From: Octopus sinensis
Lineage: Eukaryota
Length of the DNA: 64,000 nucleotides
Assembly: GCF_006345805.1 (NCBI RefSeq)
Contig: NC_042998.1
Coordinates: 153,698,001 to 153,762,000, forward strand
Direction of reading: 5' to 3'
Part shown: one piece after another, positions 26,063 through 39,375 of the stretch
How positions within the stretch are numbered: the first letter of the stretch is position 1
Layout of the letters: every line of letters begins with the position of its first letter
Position numbers and translations under genes: made by a program
Notes under the pieces: model-generated
What the model was told of the DNA's origin: nothing
The model's database searches: none
What the model saw: only the letters and a program-made list of their open reading frames with translations

Positions 26063-28894
26063 TTGTATCAGACAGCCAGAAGGGAAGCTAGGAGACAGGT
26101 TTATTTAGCCAGAGGGGAAGCGGATAAGAAAAAATTTGCCAATGTTCTGAGCCGTGAGGATGAAAGACTTGAGGTATTTCGTGTTGCAAGACAGTGTGTG
26201 AGAGAGAATCGTGATGTGGTAGGAGAGAAGTGTGTTCGCATGGATGATGGTTCACTTGCGCTAAATGAGGATGCAAAGAGAGAGGTTTGAAGATGCCACT
26301 ATGAAAGGTTGCTGAATAAAGAAAATGAATGGGATAAAGAGAGTCTGCTGAATGTTGACCCAACAGAGGGACCAGCTATCCGAGTTGATAGTTCCGTGGT
26401 AGCTAAGGCAATTAGAAGCATGAAGACAGGGAAAGCCCCAGGCCCATCAGGAATTACTGCAGAGATGCTCAAAATATCTGGCAGTGTCGGCTATAACCTA
26501 GTCACCCGTATAGTCAACCAGGTGATACACGAAGGAGTCATACCCAATGACTGGTGTAGCAGCATACTAGTCAACTGCTACAAAGGTAAAGGTGATGCCC
26601 TAGATACAAATAATTACAGAGGTATCAAGCTGTTGGATCAAGTAATGAAGGTTACGGAGAGGGTCATAGCCCAACTAATTAGAGAGAGAGTTAGTTTAGA
26701 TGAGATGCAGTTTGGGTTCGTCAATGACTGGTGTAGCAGCATACTAGTCAACTGCTACAAAGGTAAAGGTGATGCCCTAGATACAAATAATTACAGAGGT
26801 ATCAAGCTGTTGGATCAAGTAATGAAGGTTACGGAGAGGGTCATAGCCCAACTAATTAGAGAGAGAGTTAGTTTAGATGAGATGCAGTTTGGGTTCGTCA
26901 GGGAAAAGTACCACTGATGCTATATTCCTGGTAAGGCAGCTGCAGGAGAAATACCTAGCCAAAGATAAGCCCCTGTACCTGGCTTTTGTTGACATGGAGA
27001 AAGCTTTTGATAGGGTCCCCCGATCCATTATCTGGTGGTCAATGAGGAAACTAGGGATAGATGAATGGCTGGTGAGGACTGTGCAAGCCATGTACAGAGA
27101 TGCCGTAAGTAAGGTTAGGGTTGGCAACATGTACACAGAAGAATTCAAAGTAGAGGTTGGGGTCCACCAGGGTTCAGTACTCAGCCCCCTCCTATTTATC
27201 ATAGTCCTCCAGGCAATTACGGAGGAATTCAAGACAGGTTGTCCCTGGGAGCTCCTCTACGCTGACAACCTTGCTCTTATTGCTGAGTCACTATCAGAGC
27301 TGGAGGAGAAGTTCCAGGTGTGGAAGGAGGGTTTAGAATCGAGGGGCCTTAGAGTCAACCTAGCTAAAACCAAAGTACTAATAAGTAGGAAGGTAGACAA
27401 TCCACAAATGTCTTCAGGAAGATGGCCCTGCTCGATCTGTAGAAAAGGTGTAGGTAGAAACTCTATAAGATGTACCCAGTGTAAGCTATGGACACATAAG
27501 AGGTGCAGCAATGTCAAAGGTAGGCTAACTGGGAAGATAGTTTTTGTATGTGGCAGATGCTCAGGAGCATTAACATCCGAAAATCTGCAGAAAATAACTT
27601 CTGTCACTTTCCAAGGGGAAAAACTAGAAGTAGTTGATAGCTTCTGTTATCTAGGTGACCAAGTCAGTAATGGGGGTGGGTGCGCTGAAAGTGTAACTGC
27701 TAGAATAAGAATAGCCTGGGCAAAGTTTAGGGAGCTCTTACCTCTGCTGGTGACTAAAAGCCTCTCGCTCAGAGTAAAAGGCAGACTGTATGATGCGTGT
27801 GTACGAACAGCCATGCTACATGGCAGTGAAACATGGGCCGTGACTGCCGAGGACATGCGTAAGCTCGTGAGGAATGAAGCCAGTATGCTCCGATGGATGT
27901 GTAATGTCAGTGTACATACTCGACAGAGCGTTAGCACCTTGAGAGAAATGTTGTACCTAAGAGGCATCAGTTTTGGTGTGCAAGAGAGACGATTGCGCTG
28001 GTATGGTCATGTGGCGAGAATGGATGAAGATAGGTGTGTGAGAAAGTGCCAATCCTTAGCAGTTGAGGGAACCCGTGGAAGAGGTAGACCCAGGAAAACC
28101 TGGGGCAAGGTGGTGAAGCACGACCTTCGAACTTTAGGCCTCACTGAGGAAATGACCAGCGACCGAGACCTTTGGAAATATTCTGTACGTGAGAAGACCA
28201 GGCAGGACAAGTGAGCCCAGCCCACTTATGAATGCCTTTCCTCCCTTGGACACAAAGACCTGTTGAGGCAAGCGAAGTCGATATAGAACCTCATCTGACG
28301 ACAGGCACTCATGCCAACCCCCTTTGCTTGCAAAGACATGTTGGGGAAATCGAAATCGAATTGAACCAGCCAGGATCCCTGGTCTGGTGGTACGTAAAAA
28401 GCACTATCCGACTCGTGGCCGATGCCAGCGCCGCCTCCACTGGCTACCGTGCCGGTGGCACGTAAAATACACCAATCTGACCGTACGACAGGCACCCATG
28501 CCAACTCCCTTGCTTGCGAAGACATGTTGGGGCAAGCGAAATCGAAATCGATTTGAACCAGCCAGGATCCCTGGTCTGGTGGTATGTAAAAAGCACTATC
28601 CGACTCGTGGCCGATGCCAGCACCGCCTCGTCTTGCTTCCGTGCCGGTGGCACATAAAATACACCAATCCGACCGTGGCCGTTGCCAGCCTCGCCTGGCA
28701 CCTGTGCAGGTGGCACGTAAAAAGCACCCACTACACTCACGGAGTGGTTGGCGTTAGGAAGGGCATCCAGCTGTAGAAACACTGCCAGATAAGACTGGAG
28801 CCTGGTGCAGCCTTCTGGCTTCCCAGATCCCCGGTCGAACCGTCCAACCCATGCTAGCATGGAGAATGGACGTTAAACGATGATGATAATGATG
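26063..28894 (+). mobile_element. 5'-truncated RTE-clade LINE (copy B)
   Basis: ORFs 26309-26917 and 26877-28214: NYRGIKLL, FVDMEKAFDRV, GVHQGSVLSPLLF, YADN (catalytic D to N), CxxC/H-C finger, GRPRKTW; 3' UTR and (gat)n tail. Confidence 0.95.
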
Positions 28895-29314
28895 AATACC
28901 GCAGATTTGTTTGCCAGTTGCTAGAAGAAAACCAGTTGAGTATAACCCTTAATGGTTGATGATATGTGCACCCTTGATCATCAACAGGAGTAGTGGAGGA
29001 GCATCATAGTCATGTGTTGAGAGGAATTCTCTGGGGTTTGAATAATTCACCTGTGGAAACATGGTGTTTCATTTATCGTCCTTAGACAACCCTTATTCAG
29101 GACAGGCAACTCAACCTGAAGAAAATTCTAACTGGGCCTCACCTGCAAGGCTATGCACTGTTTATTTTGATATGAGATCACCATGTTGTGCACATATGGT
29201 TGTGATGCATATGCTTGGTGTACCCTTAATAGATGGGTAGTCATGTTGGGTATATTGGGATTCATATATTTGTAACCCAGTGTCACTATGATTGCATGCA
29301 TTGCTCTCTCATTC

Positions 29315-29350
<36 letters not shown>

Positions 29351-29351
29351 T

Positions 29352-29530
29352 CTTTCTACTAAAGGCACAAGGCTTGAAATTCAGTGGGAGGAGAATAGTC
29401 AATTACATTGACCCCAGTGTTTCACTGGTACTTAATTTGTGGATCCTGAAAGGATGAAAGGCAAAGTCGATCTTGGCAGAATTTGAACTCAGAATGTAGT
29501 GGCTGACAAAATACTGCTAAGTATCTTGCC
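29352..29530 (-). mobile_element. SINE-like dispersed repeat fragment
   Basis: Related to 3985-4200 and more weakly to ~18760-18960. Confidence 0.5.
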
Positions 29531-29859
29531 CCCTTAATAATAACAACAATAACAATAATAATGACAAAGGCCATCCCAAAACAAACACAAGCAATGATGG
29601 CAACAAAGCCACTGTGACTACAGGAATTAGTCAAAGAGAACAATAGCTTACAACAGTGCTACCACCACCACCACCAACAACAACAATACAAGCAAATGAT
29701 AATAATACTGATGATATGATGATAACATGCCCTGGATATGGCATGAAACTGCATCTGGTTGTGGTATTATGACGTGGGAAGAACAAAGTTACCCTTAACC
29801 TCAACTACCTTCAGGTCATCGATGGGCAAAGTGTAGTACCTGTAAGCCCACCCTGAGAC

Positions 29860-32615
29860 ATAGAAATGCCAGATTAGCATCTGGTGGGGTTAAACCTGTC
29901 TCATGGGAGGAGGGGCCCCCTTAGCCTTTGTTGGCAACCCCTCTAGAGAAGGTGACTCAATAAAAACACTGATGGTCGTGCCACCTCAACACCAAAATTT
30001 TCAGGAGTAAAAATGTCAAATACAAAGATATTAAAACAATGGATTGAACAAGATTGGCACCAAAAACCAAGTACATGAGGGTAGGTGTGGACTCTTGGAG
30101 CCTTGGCTAGCAATTCACCTAGTGATGGTGTCATAATAAAAATGCTGGTGATTGCACCTTACAAATGCTACCTCTAAATGAGTGATGTCAAAATTAAATA
30201 ATAACCACAACTGTGCTAACAGGTCTGGAACTGTTAAAAGTGAAAGAGTCACACAAGGCAGGCAGGGAGTATCTGGTCAAGCTCTGGCAGGTCATCATCA
30301 AGCTATTGATTAGGAACAAAATTGCAGTCAAAAGTGCAAAAGAAAAAGATGTAAACAGAATAGTAATAAAATGCTGCCCGAGAAGTGAGCCAAATAAAAG
30401 AGGCTTCATGAATAAAATAAAGAGAATATGTGATGAAAAAGGAGGTATCGAAGTATTTGCTCAGCGACTGATAGACTAAGCAAGAGCAATCCATAGGAAT
30501 AACTGGATTACAGGAGTAGAGATTGAAGAAATTCAGAGAAACATGATAAAAAAAGAACAGAAGGAGCAGCACAGAAAATCTACTAAAGATGGTTAAAAAA
30601 GAACAGGTGGTGAAGCATGTAATGGGAGAAAAGGACAAGAATAAAATACAAAGAGAGCATGTAAGAGAGATCAAAGAGAAACCTCAGCATGGCCAATTTT
30701 GAGAGTCACTGTAGACGTAAGGGGAACAAATTCCTGGGCTTCGTTAAAAAAGGGGCAATTAAAAAAAGAAACAGAAGACCTAGTTGTAGTAGTCCAAGAT
30801 CAAGTGATAAAAACAAACAACTTGAAGAAAAATCTATATAGAGAGAATGTGTCAAGAAAAATGTAGAGCCTGTGGAACTTGGAATGAGACAGTGGCACAC
30901 TGGCACACACTGTGGAAGAATGCCCCAAGTTGGCACAGGAAGAATATAAGAAATGGAGGTACAAACAGGTTATAAAAGTTTTACATTGGAAATTGTACAA
31001 GAAATGGGAATTTGAAGTTGGAAACACAAAACGATCATCGAATCAAAAGAGTACTGGAGAGATGTAATATTTAGTGGGACTTTCCTATTTAACCCTTTCA
31101 TTACTATATTTCTGACCAAAATACACCCCTTATGTGTTTCAATTAATTTCTAACGTAATCATAAATTTAGTCTGGTTTCATTAAACAACTATAACTTTTT
31201 TATTTATCAATATATCAACGTGAATTTTGGAAGATAATTTAATGAAATGTTCTCAACCAATTCTATACTATAATTTTTGTCACAAAGTGACTCTAATTGC
31301 AGGTAGATACAGGTAAATTCAACAAAATATAAAATTATTAAAATTTTGTTCAAACATCGCTATAGAAAATGGGTTATTAGCTAATATTCAATTGGGTATA
31401 CAACAAAATTTTACGATAGAATTTGTTATTCTGGGTAACTTTCTGATACCCATAATAATATTTATGGCAAAATAGTTTTAATTTCATTTAAGGTTATGGG
31501 AAACCACTTTCTTTCGTTTTGTTTACATTCAGCATAACGGTTCGTTTCCGCCGTAATGATTTCAAATAGGCTCATTCGAAAAAGTAAAAAGAAATAGTCT
31601 AAGGCTTTACTCTTCTGGGAAAGTCTGTGGCTTGGTCCAGTTTCTTCAGAAAAATCACCGAAAGAAACAGTTTCTAAATTTTCACTCCATTCAGGTGCCA
31701 ATTCATTTTCTTTATCGCTGTCGGAGCTCTCGGATTCACTGTTTTCACTTTCGGAAAATGAAACATCAGATTCATTATCAAATACCACATGCTTTTTTTT
31801 TTCAGTCATAGAGTTAGATTTATGAAGGTCTTCAGTAGAAAATCCTTCGAATTCTGACTCGCTGCTTGAGATAATGAAATTCGTATCCATTTTTTGTCAG
31901 AATTACAAATTTTGAAAACACAATAGGAACAAATTTCGGGAAAAAATCTCCCAAAATTCACGGAATTAAAATTACACTTCGATTTTTGTACAAAACTGTA
32001 GTTGAACTCTGTACGAAGTATAATACGTGTTTTCATGAATGTACTAAAGAGATTTGCTCTGATATTCTCATTTAAATATGAAGAGGTAAATTCGGGCGGT
32101 TTTGGGCGGCTTGGTCACATTAACCAAAATTTTTTTCGGGCGGTTTGGTAACGAAAGGGTTAAACAGACAAGAAATTAGAAAATAACAGACCAGACATAA
32201 TGATTGTAGATGAGGAAAAGCAAAGTTGCCTACTTATTGACCCATCATGCTCATTTGCTTCCAGGATCGTAAAGAAATATGAAGAAAAACAAAATAAAAT
32301 ACAATCCTTTATAGTTTGAAACAAGAAGAATTTGGAGTATGCGAACAGTACAGTCGTGCCTATAATAGTTGATGCGTTGGGAGCAATAAGCCAAGATATA
32401 GACAAATGGCTGAAGAAGATTGAAATAGAATGCCTGGTGGAGCTCCTACAGAAAGTTTGTCTCTTAGGGACAGCAAGGATTATCAGGAGGGCACTAGGCA
32501 CTTGAAAGACTGCTGAAAACTTGTGGATACCTAAGGTTGCAGGTGGCAACCTGCTCTCCACATGGTTCCTACCAGGAATAAGACTGAACCTGAGCCAAAC
32601 CAAAATAATAATAAA
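29860..32615 (+). mobile_element. Internally deleted R4/Dong-like (REL endonuclease) LINE
   Basis: N-terminal KCCPRSEPNKRGF...QRLID piece; C-terminal KKETE..QDQ, CCHC-type remnant, WDFPI-TDKKLENNRPDI and VVPIIVDALG; AAT-rich tail. Interrupted by piggyBac. Confidence 0.75.
31093..32159 (-). mobile_element. Internally deleted piggyBac element with TIRs and TTAA duplication
   Basis: TTAA|ccctttcattac ... gtaacgaaaggg|TTAA (1 mismatch). ORF 31462-31890 is an acidic transposase N-terminus with DYFFLLF..EIITAETNRYA..W..ITLNEIK. Confidence 0.9.
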
Positions 32616-32639
32616 TTAAATTGAAGTGGAGGAATAAGT

Positions 32640-35580
32640 TCCAAGCAATGGATTTATGGGCAATATCTCTTGAGATATGGAGCAAGAGTGTTACAAAGGC
32701 GAACAAAGGAACTACAATTCTTGGATAAGAAAACTACTGACAATACATAATGAGTTCTACCTGAAAAGTGATGCTGACAGGCTACACCTTATGAGAAAGA
32801 AAGGAATGTAGGGACTGATAAGTTGTGGGGATCATATTCAGACAGAGAAACACAATATAGCTTCATATATAAAGAGTACAAAGGAAGCATTACTTGCAGA
32901 AGTAAAGAAGGCAGATCTATTACATGTGGAAAACAGTCAGGATAAGAAGATGCAAGGTCAGTGCTTGAGAGAAAGAAATACCAAAATACACAGACTCAAA
33001 TAAAAGATAGCAGGAGTTACAAAACAATGGAGACCTTGATATGTGCAGCACAAGAACAAGCATTAAGAACTAATTATATCAAGCACAAAATTGGTCAATC
33101 AGCAGACTCAGATAAATGTAAAATGTGTGGCAAAATGGAGAGACAGTGTGACATATTTTAAGTGAATGCTGCTAAAGGGCCCAGAGAGAATTCAAGAGAA
33201 GGCATGATAATGTTGCCAGAGTAGTCCACTATGTAACAAGTTTGGATTGGAAAGAACAAGAAAATGGTATGAGCATGAGCCAAAGAATGTGGTAGAAAAT
33301 GAGTTAAGGTCCTTTGGGACTTCTCAATCCAGTGTGACCACGTTAGAATTCTGATATTGTACTGGTAGACAAGAAAGAAAAGTCACATCTGATAATGTGG
33401 TCAGTGAAAAGACTATACAGTTTCAATATTGTTGGTGTCTTTAGGTACAGTGAAAAGAGTATCCACAAAGTTCTTGAGACTTGAAAAGAAAGTTCCACAT
33501 TAATATACAAGAAGTCAACAGCAGGTACAGTAATGATACCTCCAGCAACAATAGGAGAATGTTAGATATAAAAATAATTATAATAGTTATTTTGAACCTA
33601 ATTGCAGAATTCATATATATTTTCTCAATAACGTTGGAAACTTGCTGGCTCTCAGTTTCTCATCCTAGGTATCCCCCTTCAAAATAATGTGACAAGTTAA
33701 AATATTCCAATGTTATTTTTCAGCAAACTGACTAGTGCCAGATGAAGCATCATTAGAAATAAAATGTTGACTGACTTTGAACTAGAAACTATCAAAGAAA
33801 AAGTGGAAGAATTCAGACAACTTGTCAGGCGCCACCAAGAGAATGAAAAAAAACGACAAGTCAAGACATTATGAAGAAAACACCATAAAAGAAAATATTA
33901 CTAATGAAGCAAAAAAGGCTCTAGAAGATGAAAAGAAATGAAATGAAACAAGAGATAGTTAAGGGAACACTAATGAAGGATAAACCTCTAGTTTATAAAA
34001 TAAGAAAAGCATTAATATCATTAACAAGGCTGTTGACAAGATCCAAAAGGACATAGCAAGACCACTGTCCATTATTGAAATAACACTAGAAGGAACTATA
34101 TATGTCATCAATAAAACAAACAACTGGAAAGCAGCAGGTTATTGTTGAATTGCCAACTTTTGAGATTAAGAATCTAGTTAGCATACACAAAGACCTCGCA
34201 TTGACACATAATCACATCCTCTCTGAGGAGACTGCAAAACTTAAGTACCTTATTCAACTGAATCTTAATTATTCATATATATATATATATATATCTCAAG
34301 GATACAAAAAGGGTATTGAAGCTATGACTGTAAGGATAAGTTACTTATCAATTAAGCCTCTTGGAAGAAGTGAAGAATAGAAGGAAGAGCCGCTCCACAA
34401 CATAGGTAAGTTACAAGAAAGCTTTTGACAGTGTATCCCATACCTAGATTGCAAAGCATGGAAAACCACCTCCCACCTGAGCCATGACAAAGGCACACTG
34501 ACATCAAGACCTATATATATATTAAAAGTGGAATATCCCAAAGGAACTCGCACTCACCTCTGTTATTCTGCATTGGACTTGCTTCCCTTAGCACTCAACA
34601 CTTAGCCACAACAGTGGCTATGGTTGCCAGGTAGTGATGAGAAAACTGAATCATTGATTTTATATATTTCAAAACCTTTGCTAAAATGATAACCAACAAA
34701 CTGGACTCCTCAATGTAGTAAAGATCATTAGTGATGACATTGGTATGAAATTTGGCCTAGAAAAATTAGCAAATGCCATCATCAAACATTGAAAGCTAAT
34801 CAATACCAGTAATTAGAACTTAATGTCAGCACCGTTATAAATGAATTAGAACATAGTGTCAATAAAGGTGATGAAATACAACACACCTTACTGAAGAAAA
34901 AAATTAGAAAACAGTATTACCAGAGAGTCAGAATGGTACTCAGATCTAAATTGAATGCTGTTTACAAATTTGAAGTCATCAACACATTGGTAGTACCAGT
35001 TGTAACTTACAAGGTTCAACATCATCAACTAGGCAGTGAACAATCTGAATACACTAGATGCCAAAACATGGAAAATGCTAACAGTAGAAAAAATGCATAA
35101 CTTAAAAGCAAATACCAACAGGCCTGCAAAGAATGTAACATCAACATCACCAAGAAATGGAATGATCATCAACCAGAAACAGTCATGGAAAATAAAAATG
35201 CTATCAATGGGATAAGCCTATTCATACAGACCATTCAGACATCATTATGAAGGATAGGAAGGAAAAGAAATACCTAATAATAGATGTTGCAACACCATCA
35301 AAGAGAAATATATCCACAAAAGTCACCAAAAGAATTATCAAAGTGCAAAGATTTAGAGATAGAAATGATGTGAGCAATGGATGCTGAAGTGATACCTATT
35401 GTTACTGGTGCTCTAGAGCTCATGGAAAAGGGACTCAATGAATTCTCAACAAACTGCCTGGTAACATCAACATTCATGAGTTCCAAAAGATTAGCATCCT
35501 GGGAACAGTTTGCATGCTTAGAAAAATGCTCTCCATTAACTAGTAATAACACATCCTTTGGTGCCCTAGGACCACTGATT
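32640..35580 (+). mobile_element. Additional decayed R4/Dong-like LINE fragments
   Basis: ETLICAAQEQALRTNYIK..DKCKMCG motif (ORF 32961-33161), plus RRHDNVARVVH-like and IGMKFGLEK-like remnants. Confidence 0.6.
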
Positions 35581-36529
35581 GGATTTTGGCTCTATAAGGA
35601 AGAAACAGGAATAGGAATCAGTAAATCATCATCATTTAACATCCGTTTTCCATGCTGGCATGGGTTGGACAGTTTGACTGAAAACTGGTAAGCTGGATAA
35701 ATAATAACAATGATAATAATAATAATAAAATGAGAAATGTCTGAACTTAGTTGAAAAGCTGAAGAAATTATGATAATTGAAGCATTTGACACAACACACA
35801 AATTGTTATTTGACAGATATTAGAACTGAGACTTGCATGGCAGACCTGCAGGAAGTGCAATCCTGTATTCTGCAAGAATCTTATAAAAGATTCTTGGGAT
35901 CTGAGGAGACCTGTTGTCACCAAACTGCAAGACAACATCCCTGTTAATACAGTGTGGAAAAAGATTTAACAAAAGCAATAAAAAATATCAAACAAAACAG
36001 ACAAAAATCTATCTTGAATGCTAATTCCAGTGTACAAGGGTTTTTTATAATAAAATCAAAAATATATTTTAAAAGAATATTATGAGATTATTTGTCAGAC
36101 AAAAAGCTATAAACACACTAGTAATATGTTATGAGGAAGGAGTAGTAGATTAAAAATAGCCAAATTTATATCTATGGTTTCAATAAAAAATAATAGAGCC
36201 AATAAGCTAATATCAAAACATGAATTATGGAAAATATTTTGGGGAAGTTAACATAAAAAAAGTTTAAGCAGCTTAAAAGAAAGATTCCAATTACCTACAA
36301 ACTTTAAGACAGCTCAGTTATCAATTAGAATTCAATGTATAAACATCTAGGCACAAATATAGCTAAGACACAAAAAATTTGTAATACTAAATTCTACAAC
36401 GAATGAATAAGGTTACAAAATGCTTTGCATTATATTAATTAAAAAAATAATAAAATAGCTAGAAAATAGCAAAACTGCTTCAAATAATAATAATTTTAAA
36501 ATTTAACTATGAAGTAAAATCTCTATTAC

Positions 36530-36762
36530 GCTTTACTCTTTCATTCTTTTACTTGTTTCAGTCATTTGACTGTGGCCATGCTGGAGCACTGCCTTTAGTC
36601 AAGCAAATTGACCCCAGGATTTATTCTTTGTAAGCCTAGTACTTATTCTATCAGTCTCTTTTGCTGAACCGCTAAGTTATGGGGATGTAAACACACCAGC
36701 ATCGGTTGTCAAGCGATGTTGAAGGGACAAACACAGACACACAAACATACATACACACACAG

Positions 36763-36799
<37 letters not shown>

Positions 36800-37020
36800 A
36801 TATTATATATATATATATATATACATATACACACACACACACACACACATATATATGACAGGTTTCTTTCAGTTTCCATCTACCAAATCCACTCACAAAG
36901 CTTTGGTTGGCCCGAAGCTATAGTAGAAGATACTTGCCCAAGATGCCACGCAGTGGGACTGAACCCGGAGCCATGTGGTTTGTAAGCAAGTTACTTACCA
37001 CACAGCCACTCCTACACCTA
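36530..37020 (-). mobile_element. tRNA-derived SINE (family A) with internal CA/TA microsatellite
   Basis: Minus-strand head with A box TGGCTGTGTGG and B box GGTTCAGTCCC; tail ccagcatggccacagtcaaatgactgaaacaagt. Confidence 0.85.
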
Positions 37021-37892
37021 TTCTTGACTTAAACTGAATATCTAATCTAATCTAGCAAATTAAAAACATTATATTTGATAAATACAAGAAGGTTCTATTA
37101 CAGTCAGTTGATAAAAACTGGTAGCATCTAGCTAGACAATTGCTACAGTAATCTATTGCATTAGTTATTTCACATCTAGTTAATTTTTTAGTGATATAAT
37201 TTGATAATTTTACATTAAAAAAAAAACACTCTTTTGGTAGATCTATAAAGGACATAAATTATTTGTTGCTAGTTTGATAAAATTTGAATTCATTGAATTC
37301 AAATATTTAAAAAATTTGTTTTTAGTGATTGGTGTACAAGTGAATGGTAAATGGTTGCTTACATCCTGATACAAATATTTCAAGTCAAAATGAAAGTAAA
37401 TTCAAAAGATCCCCAAGGAAGTAAACCCACATCTATTCCCTAGAACTATGGTATATTCATATACCATCGGACAATTTATGCTGTCATTTTAGCATTCACA
37501 GTACATTTGAAAATCATTTAAAATCTTAAACCTGTGTATTTCTGGTCTCTTTTTAATTTATTACTATGAATTTATGATTGCAAATATCTTTATTATTTTG
37601 TTACTGAAAGTAGTGATCAGTGATTAATTAATTCAAGCTATTTTCTTAGGTACCCAAATTTGAGTGTCATACTTTAGAAATGTAAACATATGTCATTAAA
37701 ATCAAAAATAAGTTGATCAATAAAATAAATGTAGGATCAGAAATAACACAATCTAAATGAAATTTACACAATCATTGTTAATTTTTTGAGTGATTGTGGT
37801 GCACACACCACAACATGAACAACAAATACATGCAGAGCAAAATGTGCCAAACTCAATAATACTTCTACTGTAAAGCACATGAATATACATAC

Positions 37893-37907
37893 CAGTAATC
37901 CAATGAT
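37893..37907 (-). CDS. Candidate 15-nt microexon (IIGLL in phase 0) in the F-BAR to HR1 linker
   Basis: Long pyrimidine tract ending tttttctctctcaaaag|ATCATTGGATTACTG|gtatgt; frame-preserving; TGCATG motifs nearby. No transcript evidence. Confidence 0.55.
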
Positions 37908-39375
37908 CTTTTGAGAGAGAAAAATGAAACAAAAGAAAGATCAATACAAAAAGACAGGAGGCACAAGAAATAAAATAAAGTAACACTACACACACACACA
38001 TACATGCATGCACACACATTTGCCATCCACCAAAAATAAATATAAGATATCAATATTCACAAGCAACAATACTTTAACAATGAAAAACTGTTGGGAAAGT
38101 ATTTCTGCAGTAACACAATTTCAAAAACATCTGATATAAAAACATCAGGTAAAAGATTTAAATTATTTTCTTGATAAATTTATTCCTGGAAATTGTTGAT
38201 TAAAAGAAACTACTTAAAAAAATTATTGGTCATTACCAGAATAAAATAAAATGAATATCCAACAAAACTCGCACCTCACAGAAATAAACAGATTAAAGAT
38301 ACAGTTATTTTGAATTGCTAACATGGAAATCTATAATAATAAACACAAAATTCTGTCTGTCCAGGACCCCTCTATCTCAGTCTATATTTGCTCTACATAG
38401 ACATATACCTTTTTGGAAAAAGGATGATCCTTTGATTGTAAATCTGCCCTTCATTTGGTTCTTGAATATTCAGCATTGGGATCTGATTTAAAAGCACTTG
38501 GGTTGCTATTTCTAGCAGGTAAATCTTGGTTGATTCATGCCATCCTGCTTGGCACTTGTCATATGACATCAGAGATCAAGGGGGAGATAAATGACATTCA
38601 CTTTGTTAATTTTTCATTGAGATAAGAACTTTGGGACAAATTGACCAACAGTTGGAATTCAACTTGGGAGTGGAACATTAGAATTACAAAATTAATTCTC
38701 ATCCGTCTTTAACCTCTGGTAAAACACTACCGGGCATACAATCATTACAAACATATTATAGTCATGATATTTAGTTCTCTTTAGAGTGTGGCTTTTAAGA
38801 TAGTATTCTAATAAAACAGAATTCTCTGTAAGCTAACTAAAAGAAAGCAAACTGATGCAGCATTTATATAAGAGAAATCAATTTAGTGTGCACAGGATGT
38901 CTAAATGGAGAGGGTAAGGCAATTTTCTTTTAAAAGTCATTTTGACATAATATTTTTTGCAAAATTATATAAATTATTTTAACAAAATTTTGGTATAACT
39001 AATTGAGAGAAAAAATATTCCAAATAGAATTTTAAAAGACCTACCTTATCTAAGTACTTATTATCAGTTCAAAAGTCAGCAAAAGAAGAAAAAAAAAAGA
39101 AAAAAACGGGGGTGGGGTTTATCTCAAAGGAGAAAAAAAATTAGTTCACACACAATATTACAAATAAATTATATCATTTGCAGTACTATTTGCACACTTC
39201 CAAACCATCTGATTGACCAGTCTGAAGTTTTAATTCATTTTAATAATTATAAAAAATATGTTAAATAAGTACTTTAGCAATGTAAAGGATTTGTTGAATT
39301 AAACTATTCTAAGTGCTCTGTTAGGAAAGCTAAGCCTTGTAGTCACTAGTAACAACAAATAGTAGGAACACTTAC

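Noticed and set aside
38409-38482. 74-nt exon-like segment on minus strand
   Set aside because: The frame that ends in phase 0 contains TGA; rescue by A-to-I editing (TGA to TGG) is conceivable but unsupported, and the open frame shifts the HR1 exon.
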